Below are positions 56,470 through 64,000 of a stretch of 64,000 bases of DNA, in pieces; within the stretch, counting starts at the first letter, position 1; each line of letters begins with the position of its first letter. Made by a program: the position numbers and the translations under genes. The stretch is from Candidatus Latescibacterota bacterium (GTDB lineage Bacteria; Latescibacterota; UBA2968; UBA8231): contig OZ244561.1 in assembly GCA_965217585.1 (NCBI GenBank), positions 6,336,001 through 6,400,000 of the forward strand. The letters are read 5' to 3'. The notes beneath the pieces are model-generated. The model saw only the letters and a program-made list of their open reading frames with translations, was not told the origin of the DNA and did no database searches.

Positions 56470-57377
56470 GGGGCTGCTCCGGTAGCGAGGGTGGCGGCCT
56501 TGACGCTCCCACCGCAGGCATCGAGGAGATGCTGTGCTTGGGCGCGATCGAGTTGGCACAGTTCCATGACCAGCGCCAGCTTCAAACCGCCTTCGGCCGC
56601 TTGCAATCGGGCGGCGGCCACTTGCGGCGAGGCCCCGGTCAGCGTCGCAAAGATGCGCTCGGCGCGGTCTCGCAGCTTGGCATTGGTGGGTTGCAGATCG
56701 ACCATGAGGTTGCCGTATGTCTTGCCCAATTTCACCATGGTGCCAGTGCTGATCATGTTGAGCACCAGCTTGGTCGCCGTTCCGGCCTTCATCCGCGTCG
56801 ATCCGGTGATGACTTCCGGGCCGACCTCGGGGACGATCTTGATCGACGCTGCAACGGATTCGGCGGCTGTGGGGCTACACGTAAAAAAGATCGTCGGACA
56901 ACCCTGCTGCGCTGCGTACTCCATGCCGCTGATAACGAAAGGGGTTACGCCGCTAGCGGCAATGCCCATGACCACGTCGGCCGGTCCCAAACCTCGCCGG
57001 GCCAATTCGCTGGGTGCGGTCTCGCGGTCGTCCTCTGTGCCTTCTACGGCTTGGTACAGCGCCGCTGGCCCACCGGCGATCAGGCCCTGCACCAACTGGG
57101 GGTTCGCACCAAAGGTTGGGGGGCATTCAGCGGCATCCAACACGCCGAGCCGACCGCTGGTACCCGCGCCGAGGTAGAACAGGCGGCCTCCGTTTCCGAG
57201 TTGGCTGGCCACCAAGTCAACCGCCTCGGCGATGGGGGCCAATTGCGTGGCGACCGCGGCCGACACAAGGGCGTCTTCTCGATTAATGATCGCCAGCATC
57301 TCTAGCGTCGAGACCTCGTCGATGTGCTCAGTGGCTGGATTGCGCTGCTCGGTTTGCAGCTTGGACCAGTTGCCCAT
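56451..57377 (-). CDS. murQ: N-acetylmuramic acid 6-phosphate etherase
   Basis: Motifs TEQRN, GAGTSGRLGVLDAAECPPTF, GPEVITGSTRMKAGTATK and NLMVD. Confidence 0.95.
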   Translation of the reverse strand: MGNWSKLQTEQRNPATEHIDEVSTLEMLAIINREDALVSAAVATQLAPIAEAVDLVASQLGNGGRLFYLGAGTSGRLGVLDAAECPPTFGANPQLVQGLIAGGPAALYQAVEGTEDDRETAPSELARRGLGPADVVMGIAASGVTPFVISGMEYAAQQGCPTIFFTCSPTAAESVAASIKIVPEVGPEVITGSTRMKAGTATKLVLNMISTGTMVKLGKTYGNLMVDLQPTNAKLRDRAERIFATLTGASPQVAAARLQAAEGGLKLALVMELCQLDRAQAQHLLDACGGSVKAATLATGAAPCNTQT

Positions 57378-57510
57378 ATTGCATCGCCTAGCACCAGTAA
57401 AATGAATTGGACACAAAATAGACAGCCGAGCGCGGCGAGCAAAATTGTCAGAGCAGGGGAAAGGGTTATATTTTTCACCTTCATATTAAACATAAGGATA
57501 AGGACGCGGC

Positions 57511-60270
57511 ATGACGGAAGAATTGGCCAAGACGTACGATCCCGTGGCGATTGAAAAAAAATGGTATGATTTCTGGGAGCAAAACGGTCTTTTTAACGCG
57601 GGGATCAACCCGGATAAGCCCCCCTACTGCATAGTGATTCCTCCGCCCAACGTGACGGGCGAGCTGCACATGGGCCACGCGATCCAACACGCCATCCACG
57701 ACCTAGTGGTGCGGTGGAAGCGGATGCAGGGCTTTGAGACGCTCTGCCTGCCCGGCACCGATCACGCGGGCATTGCCACTCAGATGAAGGTTGAACAGGA
57801 GCTTTTGCAGGTCGAGGGCAAGAATCGCTACGATTTGGGGCGCGCCGCCCTGCTCGACCGGATTTGGCAGTGGAAAGAAAAGTACGGGGACGCCATCTAC
57901 CACCAATTGCGCCAACTCGGGGCCAGCTACGATTGGCGGTGGGAGCGGTTCACGCTCGACGAGGAGTACGTCGAGGCCGTATTGCAGGCCTTCGCACACT
58001 TTGCCGAGAAAGGGTGGATTTACCGCGGCACCCGCATGATCAACTGGTGCCCGCAGTGCCGCACGGTCATTTCCGACCTAGAGACCGAAGAGCGCGAGGT
58101 CGCCAGCCACTTGTGGCACATTCGCTACCCGGCCCAAGAGGGCGCGCTGCAAGTCGTGGTCGCCACCACGCGGCCGGAGACCATGCTCGGGGACACGGCC
58201 GTGGCCGTCCACCCCAACGACGACCGCTGGCGCGAGGCCATAGGCTTGCAAGTCGAGCTGCCGCTGACGGATAGAGCCATCCCCATCGTCGCCGATGAAT
58301 ACGCTGATCCCGAGCTGGGCAGTGGCGCGGTCAAGGTCACGCCGGCCCACGATCCCAACGACTACGAGCTAGGCCTGCGCCACCACCTAGCGCAAATCCA
58401 AGTCATCGGCTTTGACGGAGTCATGACCGAGGCGGCCGGCCGCTTTGCCGGATTGGATCGCTACGCGGCCCGCGAGGCCGTGGTGGCCGCGTTGGAAGCC
58501 GAGGGGCTGCTGGCAAAAATAGAGGATCACCAACACGCCGTACCTCACCACGACAAGTGCGGCACAGTCGTCGAACCCCTGCCGATGGAGCAGTGGTTTA
58601 TGAACATGAAGGAGCTGGCGGCCAAGGTGAGGCCCGTGCTCGTGCAGGAAGAGATCCAATACGCGCCCGACCGCTTCCGCCACTATGCCATCGAGTGGTT
58701 GGACCAAATACGCGATTGGGCCTTGTCGCGGCAGATTTGGTGGGGGCATCGCATCCCCGCTTGGTATTGCACCCATTGCAGTGCCGATGGGCTGATCGCC
58801 ATGGGCGACTTGGACCGGGAGCAGGCTCTGCACGAGGGCAACTTCAGGGTCTCGGTGGCGGCCGGTGCCAAGCCCGTAGTTAGCGCGGCTAAGCCAGCCG
58901 CCTGCGCCGAATGCGGCGGCCGGGACTGGGTGCAAGACCCAGACGTGCTCGACACGTGGTTTTCTTCCGCCCTGTGGCCCTTTGCCACCCTCGGCTGGCC
59001 GCAGCGCCGCGACGCGCTGGAGTACTTTTACCCCACGGATTTGCTCATCACGGCCCGCGACATTCTCTATTTATGGGTTTTGCGGATGGCCATGACCTCG
59101 CTAGAGTGCGTGGAGAAGATTCCCTTTAAGACGGTGCTGGTTCACCCGACGATTCTGACCCAAGATGGCCGCCGCATGAGCAAGAGCTTGGGTACGGGCC
59201 TCAACCCGCTCGACTTGGTCGCGCGCTATGGCGCGGATGCGACGCGCTATTGTCTGTTGGCGCAGGCCGGGGCCGTGCAAGACGTGCGCTTCGATGCCGC
59301 GGTCGCCAACAACCAAGTGCAGGCTTCGGCCAGCGCGGAGGCCGGCCGCAACTTTGGCAACAAGCTGTGGAATGCGACCCGCTTCGTGCTGATGAATATC
59401 GATGGATACGAGTCAGGCTCCTGCGAGCGGAGCGAGTTGGCCGACCGTTGGATCTGGAGCCGGTTGCAGGTGGCCGTGCGCGAGATGACCGAAGCCATGC
59501 AATCCTATCGCTTCAGCGACCTGACGCGGGCGATCTACGACTTAGTCTGGCGCGACTATTGCGATTGGTACCTCGAATTGGCCAAGGTGCGCTTGCAGGG
59601 AGGCGACCCCCAAGCACGGCGCGTGGCCCAAGAGCATCTCGTGCGGGTGCTCGAAACCGCCCTGCGGCTGCTGCACCCCATTATGCCCTTTATCACTGAG
59701 ACCTTGTGGCAGGCCCTGCCGCACGGCTCGTCGGCTAACAGCATCATGGTTGCGGATTGGCCGGAATGCGATGCCGCGTTGATAGATCAAGAGGCCGAAG
59801 CACAAATGCAGTGCCTGCAGGAGGTGGTGACTGGGGTACGGATCATTCGCGGCGAGATGAATGTCCCACCAGGGCGCAAAGTCGAGGTCTTGATTTCGGC
59901 CGCCTCGGACGAGGTGGAACAGACCCTGCGCCAAGCCGTACCCTACATCGCGCTGTTGAGCCGGGCCGCATCAGTGCAAGTCGGCCAAGGGCTCGTCCGG
60001 CCGCCGGCTTCGGGTAGCGCGATGACGGCCGCGGCCGAGATTTTCGTTCCCTTAGAGGGGTTGATTGACCTAGCCGCAGAGCAGCAGCGGCTCAAACGAG
60101 AAATCCAGAAGATGGACGGTCTGCTCAAGAGCCTAGACGCCAAACTAGCCAATGAGCGCTTCCTTACCAAAGCCCCACCCGAAATCGTCGCCCAGGAGCG
60201 CCAGCGCCAAGCCGAATACCGCGCCACCCAGGAGAAACTGAACGCCAGCCTCAAGCTCGTCGAAGCCTAG
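57511..60270 (+). CDS. valS: Valine--tRNA ligase
   Basis: Motifs PPPNVTGELHMGH, DHAGIATQ, TTRPET, SRQIWWGHRIP, RMSKS and a C-terminal coiled coil. Confidence 0.97.
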   Translation: MTEELAKTYDPVAIEKKWYDFWEQNGLFNAGINPDKPPYCIVIPPPNVTGELHMGHAIQHAIHDLVVRWKRMQGFETLCLPGTDHAGIATQMKVEQELLQVEGKNRYDLGRAALLDRIWQWKEKYGDAIYHQLRQLGASYDWRWERFTLDEEYVEAVLQAFAHFAEKGWIYRGTRMINWCPQCRTVISDLETEEREVASHLWHIRYPAQEGALQVVVATTRPETMLGDTAVAVHPNDDRWREAIGLQVELPLTDRAIPIVADEYADPELGSGAVKVTPAHDPNDYELGLRHHLAQIQVIGFDGVMTEAAGRFAGLDRYAAREAVVAALEAEGLLAKIEDHQHAVPHHDKCGTVVEPLPMEQWFMNMKELAAKVRPVLVQEEIQYAPDRFRHYAIEWLDQIRDWALSRQIWWGHRIPAWYCTHCSADGLIAMGDLDREQALHEGNFRVSVAAGAKPVVSAAKPAACAECGGRDWVQDPDVLDTWFSSALWPFATLGWPQRRDALEYFYPTDLLITARDILYLWVLRMAMTSLECVEKIPFKTVLVHPTILTQDGRRMSKSLGTGLNPLDLVARYGADATRYCLLAQAGAVQDVRFDAAVANNQVQASASAEAGRNFGNKLWNATRFVLMNIDGYESGSCERSELADRWIWSRLQVAVREMTEAMQSYRFSDLTRAIYDLVWRDYCDWYLELAKVRLQGGDPQARRVAQEHLVRVLETALRLLHPIMPFITETLWQALPHGSSANSIMVADWPECDAALIDQEAEAQMQCLQEVVTGVRIIRGEMNVPPGRKVEVLISAASDEVEQTLRQAVPYIALLSRAASVQVGQGLVRPPASGSAMTAAAEIFVPLEGLIDLAAEQQRLKREIQKMDGLLKSLDAKLANERFLTKAPPEIVAQERQRQAEYRATQEKLNASLKLVEA

Positions 60271-61968
60271 ATGGCGTTTGATTACTTCACCATTCAGGCC
60301 CTCGCTCAGGAGCTGCGGGTGCGCTTGCAAGGGGCGGTCATCGAGCGGGCCTATGCCCAGCCTACGGAACTTGCCTTCGCGGTTGACGAGGGCGATTGGC
60401 TGTACGGCGCGAGCGGCAGGGAAGGATTGCTCTGCCTGCGGTGCGAGGCTTGGCCGCGGCCTTGGCGGGCGGGCGATGGCCCGGAAAAGTACTTGGTGCA
60501 GGCGCGGATCGTGGCCGTCGAAGCCGAGCGCCACGAGCGCATCTTGCGCTTGCGCCTAGAGCGCCGGGACCGCGACGGTCGCGCGAGCTTTGGCGTCTTA
60601 GTGTGCGAACTCATTCCCAACAAAGTGCGGTTTATTCTCCATCGCCAAACCGATGGCACGATTTTGGGCTACTGGGGAACAGCCAAGGACAAGTCACCCG
60701 TGGGCGCACCGTACCAGCCACCCGAGCCATCCGGCCGACTGCTGCCCGGTACGGACGCACCCAGTGCGTGGCGCGACCGGCTGGCGAGCGCGGATGCGGT
60801 CTTGGAAAAGGCAGCGAGGCGCTGGTTGGCCGGAGCAGACGCCTCGCTGGTGCGCGAGTTGATCTTCCGCAGCCAGGAGTGCGGGGCGCTTCCTGTCAGC
60901 AGTATTGCTGACACAGACGAGCCGGCCACAGCCTTGTGGACCGTGGCCACGGAGGCGTACACCAGCGCGGCGGCTGGCCGCAGCTACGTGTGGCAAGAGG
61001 CGGGCCGGTTCCACTTTTCCGCCCTTGAACCGCGTCGTTTACAAGGGGCCTACGAGCAGTTTGACGCGGTCAGCGCAGGGATATGGGCGGCGTGCCAAAA
61101 GGAGCGGGCACAGCGCCGGGCGCAGCGGGCGCAGCAACAGATCCGCAGGCGGCTGGTCCAAACTTTGAAAAATGCTCGGCGGCGTTTGGCCGCCATGCAG
61201 GTCGAATTCGACGAGGCCACGCGTGCCGAGGAGTACAAGCGAAAGGGCCACGCGCTATGGGCCAACATGGGGCAGCTATCCGGTCGGCCCGCGCAAGTAG
61301 AGTTGGCCGACCTCTTCGATTCAGAGGGGGAATCGACCCTGTCGATTGACTTGGATGCAAACCGCAGCTTGGCGGAAAACGCCGCATCCTATCTAAAGAC
61401 CGCGCAAAAATACGAGCGTCGCCAACAAGTCCTGCCGCAGCGCTTAGCCGAGCTCGGCCGCCAGTGTGCCCAATACGAGGATTGGATCGGCGCGGTGGAT
61501 GCCGGTACTTGGGAAACTAACGACGCGCTACAAAAATGGTTGGAGAGTAAGGTGACAAGCACCGGCAAAATGGCAAGCAAGCAGCCCCAGGCCCATCCCC
61601 GGCGCTATAGGACATCTACGGGGTGGTCGGTGTGGGCCGGGCGCAACAACAAGGAAAACGACGTGCTGACGCACAAAATGTCCGCCCAAAACGATCTGTG
61701 GTTTCACGCCCGGGGGTACTCAGGCTCGCACGTCGTCCTCCGGAGCGAAGGCCGCAAAGAAGCCCCCAGCAAGCAGACGATTGAAGAGGCCGCGGCCTTA
61801 GCCGCGTATTGGAGCAAGGGCAAGACAGCGAAAAAGGTCTCCGTGGCGTACACCATGGTAAAACACGTCACCAAGCCGCGTGGAGGCGCGCCCGGGCAGG
61901 CGCTGTTGCGCCGCGAGAAAACAATCATCGTGGAGCCGGCCTTGTTAAAGAAAGAATTAGCTGAATAG
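60271..61968 (+). CDS. NFACT family protein (RqcH/Rqc2/FbpA-like)
   Basis: MAFDYF start, ERILRL, SLAENA..Y and GRNNKEND...WFHARGYSGSHV...AAYWSK. Confidence 0.88.
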   Translation: MAFDYFTIQALAQELRVRLQGAVIERAYAQPTELAFAVDEGDWLYGASGREGLLCLRCEAWPRPWRAGDGPEKYLVQARIVAVEAERHERILRLRLERRDRDGRASFGVLVCELIPNKVRFILHRQTDGTILGYWGTAKDKSPVGAPYQPPEPSGRLLPGTDAPSAWRDRLASADAVLEKAARRWLAGADASLVRELIFRSQECGALPVSSIADTDEPATALWTVATEAYTSAAAGRSYVWQEAGRFHFSALEPRRLQGAYEQFDAVSAGIWAACQKERAQRRAQRAQQQIRRRLVQTLKNARRRLAAMQVEFDEATRAEEYKRKGHALWANMGQLSGRPAQVELADLFDSEGESTLSIDLDANRSLAENAASYLKTAQKYERRQQVLPQRLAELGRQCAQYEDWIGAVDAGTWETNDALQKWLESKVTSTGKMASKQPQAHPRRYRTSTGWSVWAGRNNKENDVLTHKMSAQNDLWFHARGYSGSHVVLRSEGRKEAPSKQTIEEAAALAAYWSKGKTAKKVSVAYTMVKHVTKPRGGAPGQALLRREKTIIVEPALLKKELAE

Positions 61969-61984
61969 TCATATAATCTATAAT

Positions 61985-62958
61985 ATGTCAAATAAATCTC
62001 TCATCCTAATCACCGGACCCACCGCCACAGGCAAAACAGAAATAGCCCTCAAAACAGCCCAACACTTGCCCAAAGTGGAAATCATCTCGGCAGACTCGCG
62101 GCAAATCTACCGCTACATGGACATCGGCACGGCCAAGCCAACCGCTGAACAGCAGAACCAATGCGCCCATCACTTGCTCGATGTGCTCGGTCCCGAGGAA
62201 AACTACAGCGCGGGAGCGTATGCTCGAGCCGCGCGGCGTATCGTTGGGCAGATTTGGAACAGGGGGGGGCTGCCCGTCATGGTGGGAGGGACGGGCCTGT
62301 ACTGGCAGAGTGCATTGGACGGCTGCTTTGAGACGACTTCACCGCGACTTTAGGCGCGACAACCGAATACGCGCCGATCCGCGCCGAATTGCAAAATCGC
62401 CTGCATTGCGAGGGTCTTGCATCCCTATATGAGGAGTTGGGTCGTTGGGATCCGGTGGCGCAAGCGCGTTTGCAGCCGGGCGATGCGCAGCGGATCCTGC
62501 GGGCGTTGGAGGTAGCGCTGGCCGGAAAGAGCACGCTCAGCGCACTATGGCGGGAACGCAAAGGGCGGCCCCTTGTGCAGCAGCCGCAGATGATCAGCCT
62601 GACCATGGCGCGCAGCCGGCTCTATGAGCGGATCGACAAGCGGGTCGAGCAGATGGTGGAACGGGGATGGGTCGAGGAAGTCCGCGCCTTGCGTGAAAAG
62701 GGATACGATCCAGGTGCCAGCGCCTTGGGAACCCTAGGCTATCTCGAAATGTGCAGTGCGCTGGCAGGGCATTGCCCTTGGAAGGAAGCCGTTGAGCGAA
62801 CCAAACAGCGCACCCGCCACTTGGCCAAACGACAAATGACCTGGTGCCGCCGCGACCGTCGCTTGCGCGAATTAGACCTCGACGTATGGGGAAAGGCCGG
62901 CGTCGTCCAGCGCATCGTCGTCGGGTGGGAGTATCGATGGGGCAGTAGGCTGGGTTGA
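61985..62958 (+). pseudogene. miaA: tRNA dimethylallyltransferase, frameshifted near 62333-62361
   Basis: 5' half has GPTATGKT, ISADSRQIY, IGTAKP and VGGTGLY and stops at 62353. The 3' half (RILRALEV, LGYLE, AKRQMTW) is in another frame, open from 62332. Confidence 0.85.
62333..62361 (+). repeat. ~30-bp hairpin mini-element, copy C (29 bp, at the miaA frameshift)
   Basis: acgacttcaccgcgactttaggcgcgaca shares CTTCACCGC and CTTTAGGC with copy A. Confidence 0.65.
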
Positions 62959-62983
62959 CAGCGGTTGGGGCCTCTCCTACCTT
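62955..62983 (+). promoter_or_regulatory. Putative sigma70 promoter of tRNA-Gly
   Basis: TTGACA-N17-TACCTT. Confidence 0.6.
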
Positions 62984-62998
62984 AGGACCGCAAAATTA

Positions 62999-63073
62999 GC
63001 GGGAGTAGCTCAGGGGTAGAGCGCAAGCTTCCCAAGCTTGATGTCGCGGGTTCGATTCCCGTCTCCCGCTCCA
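62999..63073 (+). tRNA. tRNA-Gly (anticodon CCC)
   Basis: GCGGGAG...CAAGC-TTCCCAA-GCTTG...GTTCGATTC...CTCCCGC-TCCA. Confidence 0.96.
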
Positions 63074-63074
63074 T

Positions 63075-63113
63075 AATCCGCCTGGCCAACTTGGTCGGGC
63101 GGATTTTTTATTT
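63075..63113 (+). terminator. Intrinsic terminator after tRNA-Gly
   Basis: aatccgcctggcca-act-tggtcgggcggatt followed by a T-tract. Confidence 0.8.
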
Positions 63114-63211
63114 CTTCCCAAGGTATTGCCGCCAGCGTAATATCCATATACCTTTACCGATAGAACATCTTGCCCCACACTATGATACGTAGATTAATTG
63201 CTTAGTTCACT

Positions 63212-64000
63212 ATGGTTGTCGTAAAACAGATTGAGCCCAACAGCCTCGGCGCACGTGCGGGATTTTGCATTGGCGATCGCATTTTGCGCATCAATGGCGA
63301 AGAAGTGCGCGATTTGATCGACGTTCAGGTCAGCAGCGCCGAGGAAGTGATCTGCGTAGAAATCGAGCGCGGCAAAGATCTGTACGAGGCCGAAATTGAG
63401 CGCCGGAGCGGCGAGTCCTTAGGGCTCGTCTTCGAGGATATGCGCTTGCGTAGCTGCAATAACAAATGCGTCTTCTGCTTTATCCACCAAATGCCCAAGG
63501 GCATGCGGCGCAGCCTGTATTTTGAGGACGACGATTTTCGACTCTCCTTTCTCCACGGCTCGTACGTGACCCTGACCAATGTCCGCGAAAGCGATATTGA
63601 CCGCATCATTGAACAAGGGCTAACGCCGCAATACATCTCAGTCCACGCGACCGACCCCGAGCTGAGGCAAGTCATGCTCGGGCGCACGAAGGCGACTGTA
63701 GATATCAACGAGCGCTTGCGCAAACTAGCCACCAACGGCATTGAAATGCACACCCAGGTCGTGCTCTGCCCGGGCTGGAACGACGGGCCGCACCTAGAGC
63801 GCACGGTGGCCGATCTGTCGGCGTACTATCCTGCGGTCCGCTCGGTGGCACTCGTGCCGGTGGGGCTGACCGATCATCGGCACAAGCTCGTCCAGCTCGA
63901 TCCGGTGACCCCGGCTAAGGCCGCTGAGTACGTGGCCGCAGCCGAAGCGTGGGGCTTGCAATTCAAAGCGCGTTTTGGCGAGCGGTTCGTCTATCCGGCG
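63212..64000 (+). CDS. PDZ + DUF512 putative radical SAM / Fe-S oxidoreductase, 3'-truncated
   Basis: Own translation: MVVVKQIEPNSLGARAG..GDRILRING (PDZ-like), CNNKCVFCFIHQMPKGMRRSLY, DDDFRLSFLHG and ISVHATDP. Confidence 0.88.
   Translation, partial: MVVVKQIEPNSLGARAGFCIGDRILRINGEEVRDLIDVQVSSAEEVICVEIERGKDLYEAEIERRSGESLGLVFEDMRLRSCNNKCVFCFIHQMPKGMRRSLYFEDDDFRLSFLHGSYVTLTNVRESDIDRIIEQGLTPQYISVHATDPELRQVMLGRTKATVDINERLRKLATNGIEMHTQVVLCPGWNDGPHLERTVADLSAYYPAVRSVALVPVGLTDHRHKLVQLDPVTPAKAAEYVAAAEAWGLQFKARFGERFVYPA

Noticed and set aside
57302-57493. 63-aa hydrophobic ORF upstream of murQ
   Set aside because: No RBS. It spans the divergent promoter region and overlaps murQ. The hydrophobicity can be explained by T-rich DNA.

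Overview
A ~60% GC bacterial chromosomal window, mostly housekeeping genes, with two small accessory islands. The lineage is an inference only: probably FCB-group, Latescibacterota/Gemmatimonadota-like and possibly host-associated, suggested by the FlgD-type NYPNPFNP domain, a WGRIK C-terminal motif, ankyrin repeats and an AAA-PD-(D/E)XK protein. Core content: a complete alternative complex III (actABCDEF) + SCO + A2-type caa3 oxidase operon (3951-16183, minus), three tRNAs (Arg-CCT, Leu-CAG, Gly-CCC), smpB, a DnaC/IstB-like ATPase, rph, a sigma70-family factor, hisN, holA, trxA, clpX/clpP, an EpmA-like ligase, coaE, gcvT/gcvP, gmd, an M16 peptidase pair, hemL, murQ, valS, an NFACT/RqcH protein, a frameshifted miaA and a DUF512 radical-SAM-like gene. 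Island 1 (0.5-3.9 kb) holds a BrnT toxin whose antitoxin is fused to ankyrin repeats, a PD-(D/E)XK nuclease, and an MNT-HEPN pair bracketed by a 117-bp diverged duplicate of the 3' end of the oxidase subunit IV gene. Island 2 (45.7-53 kb) holds an AAA-nuclease, an XRE regulator, a secreted WGRIK-tail protein and a 1124-aa modular secreted protein. That last gene is flanked by perfect 23-bp direct repeats and ends in an FGE/C-lectin domain with a DGR-variable-region-like codon signature. The most unexpected signal is a family of ~30-bp hairpin mini-elements found intergenically (34503), in frame inside gcvP (36749) and at the miaA frameshift (62333). No CRISPR, integrase, transposase or reverse transcriptase was seen. 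All family calls rest on motif recognition by eye, not on database searches.
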